From assembly GCF_009914755.1 (NCBI RefSeq), contig NC_060926.1: a stretch of 64,000 nt of DNA, one strand, 5' to 3'. The stretch comes from the human T2T-CHM13v2.0 reference genome, Homo sapiens. Shown here in pieces: positions 45,404-62,179 of the stretch. A program made the position numbers and the translations under genes. The notes below the pieces were generated by a model. That model had not been told where the DNA came from. It ran no database searches and worked only from the letters and a program-made list of their open reading frames with translations. The stretch's first letter is position 1. Each line of letters opens with the position of its first letter.

Positions 45404-46897
45404 ACATTTTCTCATATGTACCTCACAATCAAACACAATTGCCTTTTTATAGGATGTATTATCTTATAACTTCTACCTGTCATTTATCTATGTGTGATTG
45501 GTGAACAAGACAAAGCATATTGTGTTGTTCCCTAATTGTTTCAGTGCAGAGGCCTTGTCTCCCTAGCCAACGGGAGGGGAGGGATTTTTAACCAAGGCTG
45601 TATTTTTTGGTCTGCTCTGGGCACCCGTGCTGCCATGTACCTGCATCTGTGCTTGCTAGGTGACAGTACAACCAGCTCCCATGATGCAGGGCCACACAGC
45701 CCTGGTCTGGGTTCTTCCTTGGCAGACTCGTCCAGCACAGACTGGAGTTTATAATTACAGTAGTCATTAGCCTGGAATGCAAGGGCCTGGCAATCAGGAT
45801 TTTTTAAGATAATGTTTAGGTTTTACTTGGGCACAAGATAGTTAAACTCATTTTGAGATAATTGTGAAAGATCCAAATTGAAAAAGAAGAGCCAACAATA
45901 CTTTCTTGTTACTAAAAGTTGATATCGCATAAACCTGCGTTCTGCAAACTTGGATCTAGAGCATGACAAGATAGCCTTGAAAGATGAATATTTCAGAGAG
46001 AGGAGGATGAGATCCCAAGGGCCAGCAGTGTGCTCACTCTCTGGAATAGCTCCTGCAGCCCAGTGAGTAGAGTTGTGTACCCCACCTTCCCTTCTTTGTG
46101 GAGACTGGAGCTGACTTTGCTCTGCTGGGTCATCTTAGGGTTGGGGCAGAGACTGTATCTTCCATAGGTGGATTTCATTTTCAGAAGCATCAAGCCTGGC
46201 ATTTTCAACAAAGTGAGCAATCTCACTTTGTAAAATCAAGTCAATTTTGGAGGAGTAAAAGTCATACATATTCATCAAAAGAAAATTGAGCAATATAGAA
46301 AATTGAGATATAAAAAAATTTAAGGAGCAAATAGCTATGCTCAGGGTTTGGAGTGCCAAATCATGGGTTTGTTCCTGGTGCCATGCCACTGTGTTCTAAA
46401 ACAAGCCAGAGCCTCCAATTATAATCAGTAGCTCTTCCTTGGTTCCTTTTGCCACTGCCTTCCTGCTGTTATCCAAAGACTTCTTCCCTTATTGTAAAGG
46501 GGGAGAGTTCTCTCTGATTCTTCTTCCTCTCTCTCTCTCGCTCTCTCTCTTTCTGCTAATTGGAGAAACTTCTGTCTCATAAAGATCTTAGTACCCGGAC
46601 ATCCCAGGAAAGAAAAATGGTGCCCAGGAAACCCACTCAGAGTGGAGTTTTGAAAGTGATTTTTTCCCGTCTGCCCAGGAAGCCAGCACATAGTAGGTGT
46701 GATGCAGTCTCCCTTGCTGCAGCCATTCCCCGACTGGAACCACAACAGAAAGACAACAGATGGGCTGTGGACAAAAGAATTTCCTTGGATTTTCCTGCCT
46801 AGGGACATCTTGGAAAATGCATATCTTGAAATTAGTTCTGTAGCCGCTTGTCAAAGGAATAATGAGGCTGTTGGTTTTTTAGACTTTGGGAAGGTGC

Positions 46898-47241
46898 CTG
46901 TTCTCATGCTGCTAATAAAGCCATACCTGAGACTGGGTAATTTATAAAGAAAAAAAGGTTAATGAACTCACAGTTCCACATGGCTGGGGAGGCCTCACAG
47001 CAGAAGGGAAAGGAGAAGCAGAGGCACGTCTTACATGGTGGCAGGCAAGAGAGCATGTGCAGGGGAACTCCCCTTTATAAAACCATCAGCTCTCATGAGA
47101 CTTATTCACTGTCACGTGAACAGCATGGGAAAGACCTGCCATCATGATTCAGTTACCTCCCACCGGGTCCCTTCCATGACTCGTGGGAATTGTGGGAGCT
47201 ACAATTCGAGATTTAGGTGGGGTCAGAGCCAAACCACATGA
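46898..47241 (-). mobile_element. THE1 (THE1C-like) solo LTR
   Basis: gctgctaataaag..gagactgggtaatttataaag..actcacagttccacatggctgggga..gagccaaacca. Confidence 0.88.
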
Positions 47242-47639
47242 GAAGGATTATGTCAGAATGATTTGGGGGTGCTGTTTTAAAATGCACATCCTGGGCTTCA
47301 CCCCTGTAATTTCCGCTCCAGATAGGACAGAACTGGGAATCCACAACAACTTCTAGGGTGATTCTGACCACAGCCAGGCTTGAGAGCTTTGTGGTGTGTA
47401 CTGCTACTCACAGGACTGGGCAGTAGACATGAATGAGATGATCTGCCTTTGTCAGAGTCCTTCAGAGCTTCTGTTGTGGGTAAATATTGGGAAAGCCAAT
47501 CCTCTTCAATAGGGTTCATATGAAATTTTATAAGCCATTTTTATAAGTCAGAAATAGTTGATGGTTAGCAATTCTATGCAGTTTCACTGATAGAGCCAGG
47601 AAGTGAGGCTGGTTGGGGCTTGGAGTTGACCATCTCCTG

Positions 47640-47815
47640 CCTGCTAGCTTTGCCGCCTTGGCCAAATAATTTGGACTCTCCAAGCCTCCATCTTGCATCT
47701 CCAGAATGGGGATTGTGACATCTCCTTTGCCAGATTCTTGTAAAATGTAGAGTTTACCGTGTACATGTCAAGTGTCCCTGGTACCTCAGTAGCTACTGTT
47801 TTTATCCTATTGTGA
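47640..47815 (+). mobile_element. MIR
   Basis: ccttggccaaataa..ctctccaagcctc..catctccagaatgggga. Confidence 0.55.
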
Positions 47816-48199
47816 TAACCATTCCCATCTTCCCCCCTCCCCCCACACTGCCCTAAACACATCCCGGGTTACTGCCTGAGTCCTCGTAGACCTTGGGGAG
47901 ACCAGTTTCTCAGTCTTCACTGCTCCTAGGTGTTCTCCCGCACCGTCCAATGAGATGTGCAGTGTCCTCCCCGAGGCCTGTTTGAAATATGTCCTTGATG
48001 TTGCCACCAGAAGGCCCTGATTGCAGCCACGTGTCCACCAGGGGAGCCCCGCAGTGCTTCCCACCTCACATCCCACTCAGCCATGTCCAGCTTGGTATAC
48101 CAACAAGCATCAGACAATGATGTTAGGGCCATGGGGTGCCATTGAGGTAATGGTCGGCCCTCCTCTCCCTTGGAGAGAAGGCAGAATTCTTCCCACTGA

Positions 48200-48962
<763 letters not shown>

Positions 48963-49613
48963 GCAGCAGTATTTTAAAAGATCGAAATTTCCCGCCTTTG
49001 CCCACACACACCTTATTTCCTGAGAAAAGTTAAACTTGCCAAATAAATATTCCTTTCAAAAGGAAAATGAAGATAACAAGCTTGTCTTCTCCCCATCTTT
49101 TCCTGCTCTGTCTGAGCAGAGGGGCCTCACCGGGTGACTGATTGAAACTATTCATTCTGAGCATTGGCACAAGCACAGACCTGCCCTTGCACAGTTGAGC
49201 TGCAGGGGTGTGGAGGAGCAGGGGAGTGGGTACGGAGGGGGTGGGGGGCTCCAAACAGCAGGTAGGTGTTGGCCCACAGCCTGACAGGGAGCACTGGAGA
49301 CAGGCAGGAGGCAGAAAAACAGAAACAGCACCATGGGGGGATATATAGAAGCACTCTGCGGGGAGGAGGGGCGCATGATTTTGATTACAGCACAGGGTAC
49401 CTATTGATTGAATTATTAATAAAGATTAAATTGAATCACACATATCCTATATATGAAGGCAGGGGAATCGCAAATACATTTATGCCAGTTTTTGTTTTTC
49501 AAGAGACAGGGATATCGAAGTCTCCTAAACTCAAGGGGTCCTCTGGCCTCAGCCTCCTGAGCAGTTGGAACTATAGGCACATACTACGGTGCCTGGTTTA
49601 AGCCAGTTTTTAA

Positions 49614-49946
<333 letters not shown>

Positions 49947-52579
49947 AGAATTCATTCTTATAAAGGGTACAATTCAGCAGTTTTCAATATATTCACAGGA
50001 TTGTGCAACCATCACCACTATCTAAATTTAGAATATTTTCATCACTGCATTAGCAGTCACTTTGTTCTCCTCTCCCCCAACCTTTGGCAGCCACCGGCCT
50101 TCTTTTTCTATGTTCTGGACCTGTCATATAAAGGGAATCGTACAGTGTGTGGTCTTTGTGATTGGTGTCTTTCACTTAGCCTGGTGTTTTCAAGGTTCCT
50201 CTGTGTCATGGTGTGTATCAGCACTTCCTCCGTTTTTGTTGCCAAATACTGTACTGCATTATATGGATATACTACATTTTGTATATCCATTCATCATTTG
50301 GGTTCGTTCTACTTCATGGCTACCACTGAGTCATTTGGAAATGTGATGCAAGGCTCAAGGCTAATGGGGTTTCCTCGCTTCCAAAAAAGAGGTGATGTTG
50401 CCCACCTGGCAGGTGGGTATGAGGCTCAGCAATGGTACATGCATCTCATTTAACTGGTCACTGTCAACTCCAAAAATGGGCCTTCCCCCATTTCTGTGGC
50501 TGTTCTGTGCTGGTGTGCAGTGTGTAAGATGGTCAGTGTTCCTGTGTTTTGACTGGTGAGTCAAGTCTGAACTCACTAGCCTAGCACCTGAGAGCCTCCT
50601 CATGGGATAGCATCCCCCTGACTCCGCCTGACAACCATCATTTCTCTTCAGTTTTCACTCCTGCCCAACTGGTTTCTTCGCAGTCTATGCCCAGGGCCTC
50701 CAGCTTTCTCACACTTGGGCCCTGCTGGGGCATCCAGCCTCTGCTCTTACATCCTTGGGTCACTGCAGGTCCCTGCCCGACCCTACCTTTCTTCCTCCGG
50801 ACCTCATATTAGACCAGCTCCTCAGGCCTTTTTGGACATGACCGTCTCAAAGTGTTACTATGTTTAAGTGTGTGGTTTTTTGTTTATGTGTGTGGTTTTG
50901 TGTCTTTGATATCGTTGATTTGCCTTATGGCCTCAACCAAACCCTCACTGTAACATGGCACAGGCAGCGCCATGTGACATCCTTGTCCCTGGCCCGCCCG
51001 GCGCAGCTCACAGTGGGCTCTCTGTGAATGCTGGCTGGCTGAGTGTCTGGGAGTTGTGAGCCCTTTGCCATGTAACTGGAGAGGGTGGAAGTGTGAATGG
51101 AGACACCTGCTCAGTTGTACAATGCTCTTTGGACAGGGGATCAGGTTTAAATCAGTTTGAAGCCTGCTTTACCACCCCCTGCCCCCACAATTGTTATTTC
51201 CTGAAAGCATATGGTTGGCTGAGCTAGCTGAAAAATTACCCGAATTTTGATAAAAATTTGAACCATGGATTTCCTTTCTGACCATGCCTAGCTGTGTAAA
51301 TTCCACAGGATAGTAACAGGTGCCTGGCCACCATCCAGCAAGACCCCTGATAACGTCCATGCAGTGGGGAGCCACGGGGGCAAGTGCTTCCCCTCCCTCC
51401 TGGTCATAGGCTTGAGCATGGGTAGCCAGGATGGGGGGTGGGTGCAACTTGAGATAAGCAAATCGACAACAATGAGGTACACCCTGTTCTTTGTCCTCTT
51501 GTCAACTTGTGATTTCCCGATGGATCAGGTAATCCCCAGTAGCAGATAACTCAGTTGAATTTTTTCACTGTCGCTGTTATCTGTATTCATTGTCTGCCTA
51601 AATAGTAGTGAACAGAGAAAAAAAGAACATTAAAATAGGAAGCTGGGAATGACAGGAAGAGGGACTGTAGGCCTGGTAAACAAAAGTTGGCTGTAACATG
51701 AGCCAGGATATGGAAGCGTGACCAATACTTTGGACTCTCTCAATGCTGGCCCTCTGCGGTTCCTGGCTCTCCTCCCTTTCTCGCTGTCACCAGCCACGTT
51801 TAGGTCAGTCTTTGTTTTTGGCTGTTGTTCCTGAAGACGCATTTATCAGGTGGATCTCTTAAAATCAGGGTTAGGGATTGGAAGTCTAGCTGGGACAATT
51901 CCTGTGAAGACAGACTTCCTTCTGATGAAATATTTACTAGCTTTTGTAGGAAGCCATCTCCTCCTCTTTGCTGTGATAAGAGGTACTCCCCACCTTTCTG
52001 TCTCATGGCAAGGGTGGAAACTGATGATATTTGTAGGGCATACTGGGGTGAGCCAACAGGCTGGAGGCAGCCAACCCTGGGCATGCAAAGAAGCACCGTT
52101 TGGAAGCTCTGGTGTAGCTCTCGTGCAGCAGCAGTCCAGGCCCTGGGACATCTGAGTTTGAGGCTTCAGTCCTCCGCTGACTGACCATATGTTTACACTG
52201 CAGCCTGTTGTGGTATGAAATGAGATCTGGAAGCACCTGAGCTCCCCAGTGTCTGCAGGTAGATGATTATTTAATACCCTCTTCCCATACATCTTCATGG
52301 TCAGGAGACTGGACCTTGGCAATTCTGTTATTAGGCAGCTCCACTCGTAGGGAATTTCTCCCTTATATTTAGCTGTTGTTTTCTCCTCCATTCCACTGTC
52401 TGGAGTCCCCATGGCAAGTTCGCATCCTCTTTCATGTCCCTGGCTCCAAAGGCTTTGGTGTCTCCAGGTAAGTAGTTCTCACATGGGCTATGACCCCTCA
52501 TCCTTCATTATCCTAGAAAAATAATGCTTTTCTGAAAATTGTATATTCCATGGGAAAATCAGTAGATTTTGGAAGCCTG

Positions 52580-53260
<681 letters not shown>

Positions 53261-53285
53261 CTTATAATATTTGCCATATGTTTTA

Positions 53286-53697
<412 letters not shown>

Positions 53698-55217
53698 TTA
53701 TCTTTGTCTTTATTCTGATGAATTCATATTTTATATAGTTAAAATCAAAGCATAGGTACACAGTTTTTGGTGGTTTCTTCATTTCATTATATAATGATTT
53801 CCCTCAAAGTTCTAGGCATTGTAAGATGAAGACGACAGAACACAGATATCATGTAGCTGCAGTAAGCATTGGGATGGCTGCACACCATTCTGTGGAACGG
53901 ATATAGAGTCATTTGTTAACCAGTGATACTGACAGAGAGCAAGCAGATCAGTGAAGACAGGAGCAGGGCCCCCGAGCCCTGAGAAAAAGCAGGGACCTTG
54001 CCAGGTGAGGAAAAAAATGGTATGAGGTAGGGCTACACTACGCTCCCAGAGACGTCTCCATGGACAGTGAGCTCTTTAGAGGGGAAAGGAGTAAGCTTTT
54101 GAACCATTTGAATTATTTAGAAGAAAAAAACACAGTGCCTTTCTTACACACTTTTCAGAATTTCCTGTGTTTTCACCTGCCATTAGCTGGTTACTGTTTG
54201 GGCTTCCTTTCATGGTGGTAAACACAGTTTGTTTTGTTTAGCCATTTCCTTCCCCCTCAAATACCAACACAGATCAATTCAGTCTTTGCCTGAGTCATAC
54301 ATGGTTCATGTGTCTCTTTCCTTCCATCTATCTCCCCTTAATTCACACTATTTACTGAACTCCTCCTGTGCACCCAAGTCTCCAGAAGGAGCTGGAGAAG
54401 GAGCAGGGTGGCAGGGGTGGGAAGGGGACAGCTGTGTGGAAGGCAGCGGGGCTGGAATCCTGGCATCTAGGCCCTTTCACGCTCCCACTCAGAGGGCTCT
54501 CTCTTCAGGCCAGAAATGCTGATATTTAATGAGCACTTACTAGATGGTTATTTGTCCATTTTATAGACAGGGAAATTGAGGCCTGCCAGTGTTAATTGAC
54601 CTTTCTACGGCCTAGAATCTGAAGTTGGTGCAGCCTCACTGAAGCCCTGGCTCAGCCATGGTTGCCACCCATCCTGTCTGAGCTTTGAGAACCACAGAGA
54701 CAAGACAGGCGGCAGGGCTGTGATTTTAGACACTCTTGTCTTAGGTGTCTCAAGGTGGGGGTCACTTTGGAGCCTCAGCCAACCCCACTGTGATTGGATC
54801 TCCTGCCTACAGCCTGTTTCAAAGGGAAGTGGAGTTTAGGGAGACAGTCAAGAGGATGGATGGAAGAAAGGGGCTGGTTAACCTGAGAGGAGAGAAAGTA
54901 ACTACCCACCCGTCAGAGCCTGGGGCTGATAAGGGAGGGCTCCTGGAAGACAGAGCTGGTGCTTCTCTCCACCTCTGAGCTGCTTTCCCTCCAGGGCCAC
55001 TGGCTTCTGCAGGCGTTGTTGTCTTTTGCTCCTAAACAGCAAAAAGAGACTAATTGCCTTTATTGCCATGTTAAAATCAATAGAGCCACTCACCCTGAGT
55101 TCAAAATGATACGACCTAGGGAATGAAATTGGGACCACCTGTGGTTTGTTTCCTATTAGCCAGGCACAGAACAGTTTCTTGTTTCCCTTGGAATGAAACA
55201 CAACCTGAGTCCTGGAG

Positions 55218-55392
55218 GAATAGTTCTCAAATGCATCCGGATCTCCTGGAGAGCCTGTTAACACACAAGCTGAGCTCCATTCCCAGAGTGTTTGATTCGG
55301 GGATTCTGGGGTGGGGCCCTGAGAATTTGTATTTCTAAGTTCTCAGGTGATGCAGATGCTGCTGGTCCCAGATGGGACTCTGAGAACCTCTA
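55218..55392 (+). mobile_element. MER5A
   Basis: ggggtggggccctgagaatttgtatttctaa..caggtgatgcagatgctgctggtcc. Confidence 0.8.
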
Positions 55393-56122
55393 TACTAGGT
55401 CATCTCTCAGACTTGGGCCTTTGTTCTCATCTTCCCCCTCCAAAACCTAACATAATCCACTACATGTGGTAGAGAGCCATCAAAAAGAGAGTTTCAGTCA
55501 AGGGGCTCTGGCTAAGTCCTGGAGCTGAGCTGCCCCCTCCCTTGCTCTGCTCACACCTTTCACCCCTCAGACTGAAACCCTCCGTTACCTGCTGCTATGC
55601 AGGGATTAGGATTAGAACAGGGCTGAGTGGGCTGGTACGGGGAGGGCCCTGCTGTGGTGTTGGTTTAGCTCCTTTTAGCACAAGGAATTTGATGAGCTAA
55701 GCATTTTCCACGGCAAGTGCATAAAAAAGATTTCTTACCATTTTTTGAAAGAAAGAAATATATCCTTTCTCTTGAGTCATCACTATTGTTAGTTGCTGAA
55801 TGAAAAAAAAAGACTTAAAGCTCTGTTCTTTGAACACTTTTCTCTGGGTGCCTTTCTGTAGCTGTAGAAGATCTCTTGGGTTAAATTTTAATAATTGTTA
55901 ATGGCTTCACACATAGGGGGTGTCTTGCCCTCCTGTGTAGGGTGTCACTGCCCAGGACGTGGCTTAGCCGGGTCCTGGGAACAGCTGCAAGGACTGTTGG
56001 AGAAAGGGGCAGGGGGCACTGGCTGGGGAGAGGGCCGAGAAGATCTCCTTTGAGAGATGGGGAGGGAGATGTGAGGCTGAGAATCTAGTATTGAGTTTCT
56101 AAACTTCTGATCTGCAAAGTGG

Positions 56123-56280
56123 TTTTTTTTTTTGTTTTTGTTTTTGTTTTTTTTTTTGGTAGAGACAGGGTCTTGCTATGTTGTATGTTACCCAGGCTGG
56201 TCTTGAGCTCCTGGCCTCAAGTGATTGTCCCGCCTTGGCCTCCCATAATGTTGGGATTACAGATGTGAGCTACGGTGCCC
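56123..56280 (-). mobile_element. FLAM-C/Alu left monomer
   Basis: T-rich tail plus left arm; caaagtg flanks. Confidence 0.82.
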
Positions 56281-56579
56281 CAAAGTGCTCTTTTTGTTGA
56301 ACAGTGTGTGAGCCCAGCTACCTGGAGGGTGTGTCTACCTGCCTGACCCTCAGCCATCGCAGCCTCATGACGGCTACACCCCGCACATTATCATACCCCT
56401 CAAATGTGCCTTCCAACCCCACACAGATTTCTTGTGGTTCCCATCCTGGTGAATCTTCTCAGTTATCCACATTACAGACCTCAGTGGAATCTTCCACACC
56501 ACCTGGCTCATGATGGTCTCTGCTCCTTGCCTTTCACGTTCTTCAGAGGCTAGTGACTTCCTAAAGTGAGGATTGAGGA

Positions 56580-56800
56580 AATAACAACCACGATAAGAGT
56601 TACAGCTGACCCTGGAGTGTTTCCTGTGCACCAGGAGCCCGTTCCAAGTATCTGTATTTATTCACTCGTGTCATCTGTAGCAGCCCCAACACATAGGTTA
56701 GGACCTGTCACTAGTCCCATTTATAGGTAAGGAAGCTGAGGTGCTGGGAGGTTGCATGATGTGCCGAGCATCTCACAGCCAGCAAATAGCAAGTAGCTAG
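56580..56800 (-). mobile_element. MIR
   Basis: cccatttataggtaaggaagctgagg core. Confidence 0.6.
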
Positions 56801-58559
56801 ACCGCTTCCTCCCTGGCAGGTCTGAAGCACATGATTCCTAGCCCCAGCCTTCCTAAGGGCCCCTAACAGACGGTGGCCTTCCCCTGGCATCCAGAGTGGC
56901 TCTGCTGACTGGAGCAGTCAACTGTTTCTCCTCTGCAGTTCCTGAAGGAAGGAGAAAAGGGGGAGGCTGGTGGGTTCAGGTTTCGTAGACCTAAGAGGCC
57001 AGCTGCCCTGTGACCCCTCCTGAGTTGGGGCTTCTTTTTGGGGGATTAGGGAGGAGAGTTATAAGAGAAAGAGGTGCGGAGAGCAGGGAGCACCTGAGAG
57101 AGGGCTGGAAGAAGTGGTAAATAGATGGACCTGCCCAATGAGAGTAGCCAGCGTGTGCATGTGAGGGGCAGGTAGCACAGAGGGAATGTATTCCTTGTCT
57201 AACTTGGCATATAGCCAAAAGCTAGGTGTAAGTTAGTAAACTACAGCCTTCAAAACAGCCCCTGGGAAAGGCCCTGCTTTGGAGGGTAGAAGGACATATA
57301 GGAGGCTCCCAGAGGTACGGGTGTGCCTCCCTGCTGGGCGTGGGCCCGCCTGCTGGGGGCAGCAGCAAAAGGAAGCAAGTAGCCCGGAGGAAAAAAAGAA
57401 CTATGTGTGTGACTGTGTGGTGGCCAGGAGAGAGGGAGAGGGTTCAGCACACACAGGGAACCCCAGGCAGCTCCCAGAGCCCAGGGGAAGCATTCCTTTT
57501 TGTAGTTGAATGATCCCAGGGGAGCAAAAGGCTGGCTGGAGGAGAGGGAGAGGAATTCTGCTTGGAGGAGAAGGTCTGGGGCCAAACTGCCCCAGCTAAG
57601 GTGACTGGTCCGTGTGTCTGCATCTTAAATCTGAGACCATTGGTTCCTTTGCACCTGTGTAGTATCCTCAGGGAGGGTTCCCAGGGCGCTCGTCTGGTGT
57701 TGCCCCTCTTTGAGGCACCTCACTCATTGACCATTAAGCAAGCATCGAGTGGGTGTCAGTTTAACAAGTGTCTTGTGTTCAGTGCCAAGGCCAGGGGCAG
57801 GTACAAGGCATGCTGAATGCAGCCCCTGCCACAGGATCCATGTTTCAATAGGGAGGGAGACGCAGAACTTTGCGTAAAACTGAAACCTTATGGGGCGGGC
57901 CCTGTGGTGTCTAAGGCCACACTGGGAGTCTCAGATCCTGCCAAAGGACAGGGGAAAAGGGAGCAGCTGGTGGACATGGGGAGGAGGCAGGATGGACGGG
58001 GCGCCTGAAGGAATTAAGTGGGATTTCGGTTGGAGAGGAAAAGCAAAGATGGCAGGGAGAGACGAGGCCCTCAAAACTGAGCTTGTTCGTCAGATGGGAG
58101 ATGGACATCCAAGCCTCTCCATGAGGTCTGGCACGTGATCTGGGGCACGGTCTGTTCTGCAGTCATAGCTGCTGGCCTGCGGGACCTGCAGGCAGAGTCC
58201 CTGATACTCACTCTCTGTGAGTTAAGGCCAGATGCAGGCTTCAGACACCTTTAACTGAGAAGCAGGTGGGTGCTGGCCTGGGGTGCCAGGGAGCTGAGGG
58301 TAGAAGGAATGTATTAATGCCAGCAGCTGCTCTCTGATCCTGGCCCTCTGTGACTTCCTCTTCACCCATTGTAGCATACCAGCCAGACTGTGAAGGAATG
58401 AATGAAGTGGGTAGAGAGGTTCCCGGTCAGGCTGTTCCAGGCAGGATAAGATAACCCTGGTTCTCTGCACTCCAGAGAGCTTGTGCTACCAGCTTTTGAT
58501 GCTAGAAAACCCCAGGTGGGAAATGGCCCTCTGAGTAGACTGGACATGAAGCTGGTGAT

Positions 58560-59050
58560 GATTACTGCTTCAGCAGGGACAGAATAACCACTTTCAAAAT
58601 AACACCCCGAATGGCTTAGCACAATACAAGTTGATTTCTCTCCCCATCACGGTCCAATGCAAGTCTGCATCAGCACTGCCTGTTCATTCAGGAACCCAGA
58701 TCTCCCTGTCTAAGAGCTCTGCTGTCTTCCTGAGTGGTGGCTCCCACTTGGAGTGTCAGAATCACCTGAGGACTTGTGAAAATACATTGCTGGGTCCCCA
58801 CCTCCAGAGGAAAGGTCCTGAGAATCTGCATTGCCAACAAGTTCTCAGAGGATGCCGATGCTGCTGGTCCAGGGAGCACACTGAGAATCCCCGCTCTAGG
58901 GCTTCGTGGTTCCTCACTAGAGCTTCTGCTTCAAGGGGTGAGAGAGCAGAAGTCAGACACAATGGCCCCACTTCACTCCAAGGAAGCCTGAGAAATGTAG
59001 TCCTTTTGTGCACCCAGGAGGAAAATCAAATGGTATTGTCTGTGCCACAG
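58560..59050 (-). mobile_element. Old MLT1 LTR with nested MER5A (about 58733-58893)
   Basis: atggcttagcacaatacaag..attcaggaacccag; MER5A tcagaatcacctg..gaatctgcattgccaacaagttc..gatgctgctggtcc. Confidence 0.65.
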
Positions 59051-61174
59051 TGAAAAGGGGCAGCACAGAGCCGGGTTTAACCTGGTATCTGCCTGAAATA
59101 CTAGATATCAAAATGCATTTCAAATGGATGGGCAAGTCAGCCAAGAGTGTCACTGACTCATAGGCATACATGCCTTTCAAGAAGGCAGATCATGAATGGA
59201 GGTCATTACTAATGTATAACTTGTCCTATTGTGCTAGCACCAAGGGGAGTCACCTAGGACTTGGGTTCCTAGGATGGATGGCCCGTGGTGTCCCTAGTCC
59301 AAGCTTTATATCCTAGGCCTAGGGAAGAATGCGTCAGACAGTAGTCAGATCATCATTGGACCTGATGGACTTTGCTTCTGACATTTCCATGATTTTGACA
59401 TGTCTTTCTTGGTGTCTTTGCTGCCTGGTGTCTCTCAGAGCCCATAACCCTGCTGGCTTGAATAAGGCAGTAGGTGTTTTATATTCAGAATCTTAGCCAT
59501 GGTGAATAAGCATGTCATATATAGTTCAGCCCTGATTTTGGGGAAAATCATCGGGCGAGTCAGCAAGTTTATGTCTGTGCCGAGCATTCTGGAGGATGTA
59601 AGAGAACATGACTCCAGGCTGTTTGGAGAGGCAAAAGCAACCCAAATAAAGTAAGTGAGGACTTAGTGCAGACTGCAAGTGTATTAGCCAGAGGTGGCAT
59701 TACAGAGCCCAGCTCAGGATATGGAATGGCTCCAGCAACTCTGTACTGCTCAACCCACTTCTGGAGCTTCAGGCTTAGTTCTAGGAGCTGCAGTTTCACC
59801 AGGACTTAGACAAACAGATGATAGCAAGGGTCTGGGAGGCCTCTGCCTGGAGAAGAGGGAAAGTCAAGGGGCATTTCAGCCATTGAAATCTTTGTAAAGT
59901 TGGGTCGTGGTTGTGGGAAGAGAGGTGATACAAGGTGTCATTCCAGGAAGGAAAGCTAGGCCTAAGTTCTCTCCTCTTCTCAGTGGAGTGAGGTTGTTTT
60001 TTGTCTTGGGGTATGTAGGCACCAGAACTGTTCACACAGTTTGGCAGATTTCATGTTAAGGAAATGACTTTGGGAAGAAAAGGAGGTGTCCATGTGGGTT
60101 AGAAATCTGGAAGGGCATTTTCCATGGAGCGAGCCTTTAGCCAAGCTCTAAAGGCCAGGTAGGATTTGGGTGAGCAGGAGGAGAGGACGCTGCAGTCAGC
60201 AGATGGGCAGTGAGGCGGGGAAGAAAGGCGGAACCAGGCCTGGTATCAGAGCTGGGGCTGGCAGGGGAGAGGCAGTGTTCGGGAAAGTGGAGTCCGCCTG
60301 AAGATTGTGGGACCTTCCGTGGGGAAGGTAACCCGGAAGCAGTTTCAGATTGGGTATTGGAGGAGAATGAGCGGACAAGGAGCAAATTTAAGAGCCAGCT
60401 TTCAGGAAATAGGTCTATAGTCCTTGGTGGTTCTGGTGTCTAGATGATGCTGGTGATTATGAAGTCTCTTTGCAGCCCCAGCCCTTGGAGCATGCAGGTG
60501 GAAGGCCAGATTCCTCACCTGGAGAGCTCCGCAGAAGATGATCTCATCAACCTACCCTTTTCTTGGCCCATCTTCATGGTGTGTAAGGACAAGGCTGCAG
60601 CACTTGGACCCTCTCTCAGGGGATGCTGCTGTGCTTAGACTGAGGTGGCCCTGCTGATGTTCCCTGCCCTTGGTATAGGGGCGGGACAAGGCTAGGGAAA
60701 CTAACGGCTGTGCTCCCCTCTCTTCTACCTGGGCTAGGTCTTTGCTGTTCAGTTTGGCCAGGCGGGCTGGGCTGTCACATGAGTGATCCCTTCTGATCCT
60801 CACAGCACCCTTACAAGGCAAAGACTCTTAGCAGCCAATCTGTTTTGTTTCTGACTGAAACAAGCTCAGAGAGTCAAGGGCCTGGCCCAGGGTGTCACAG
60901 CAAAGTTCAGTGACAGGTTCTACCTGTGTCTTAGTTCTCTGACTCCACATCTAGAGCTTGTTCTCTTCCACCATTCAAGATCTTTTATAGCCCCAGATGA
61001 AGAATTTCATGTTTCTTAGGAAAGTGACTACCTGGGCAAGGACTTAGCGACGCCTGAGAAATTAGCTTCAGGAGAGTGTGCCCTAGTAATGATAAGTGAC
61101 GTAATAACCAGCCTGTATTGAGGGTCTACTCTGTGCCAGGCCAGCGTTTGAACTCATGAATCTGCATCACAGCA

Positions 61175-61333
61175 TTTTTTTTTTTAAGAGATGGTGTGTT
61201 GCTCTGTCACCCAGGCTGGAGTGCAGTGGTGCTATCGTAGCTCACTGTAGCCTCAAACTCCTAGGCTAAAGCGATCCCCCTGCCTCAGCCACCCCATTAG
61301 CTGGGACTACAAGCAAGTGCCACCACACTCAGC
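61175..61333 (-). mobile_element. Alu right monomer within MIR
   Basis: Single arm; MIR core flanks it (ttacagaagaggaaatgggaggcacagag). Confidence 0.8.
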
Positions 61334-61802
61334 AACATCACGTCTTACAGAAGAGGAAATGGGAGGCACAGAGAAGAGAGAGGTTAAATGAGCTGTCTGG
61401 GGTCACACAGGTAGAGCCAGTCTCAAGCAGGAGCCAGCCGATAGTCTCACACTGAACCACAGGGCAGCCAGAGCTCCTCATGGAAGCTCGCTTGTTTATG
61501 TGGCCCAGCTCCAGAGAGGGTTGTCCTGTCTATCTCTGCTTGTGGGTTTTCTGGGGAGGCTGCATTGGAGAGAGAGGATGTGTCTCAGCCTGACACACCA
61601 CACTCTGCTGAGGTTGTGGCAGTCCCTGGCTTGGGGTTAGGACATCTTAGGAAGTGGCAGCTCACGCCTGTGGCGGGTTTTTGTGATGGGCTGATAGAGA
61701 GGAAGGTGGTCAGAACTGGGAGGGCCCTCACTGTGCGGGTAGCCCCATGTTGGTGGAGGCCTCCTAGTCTGTTTGTATGCACTGCTGCCTCATTTAACTT
61801 GA

Positions 61803-62179
<377 letters not shown>

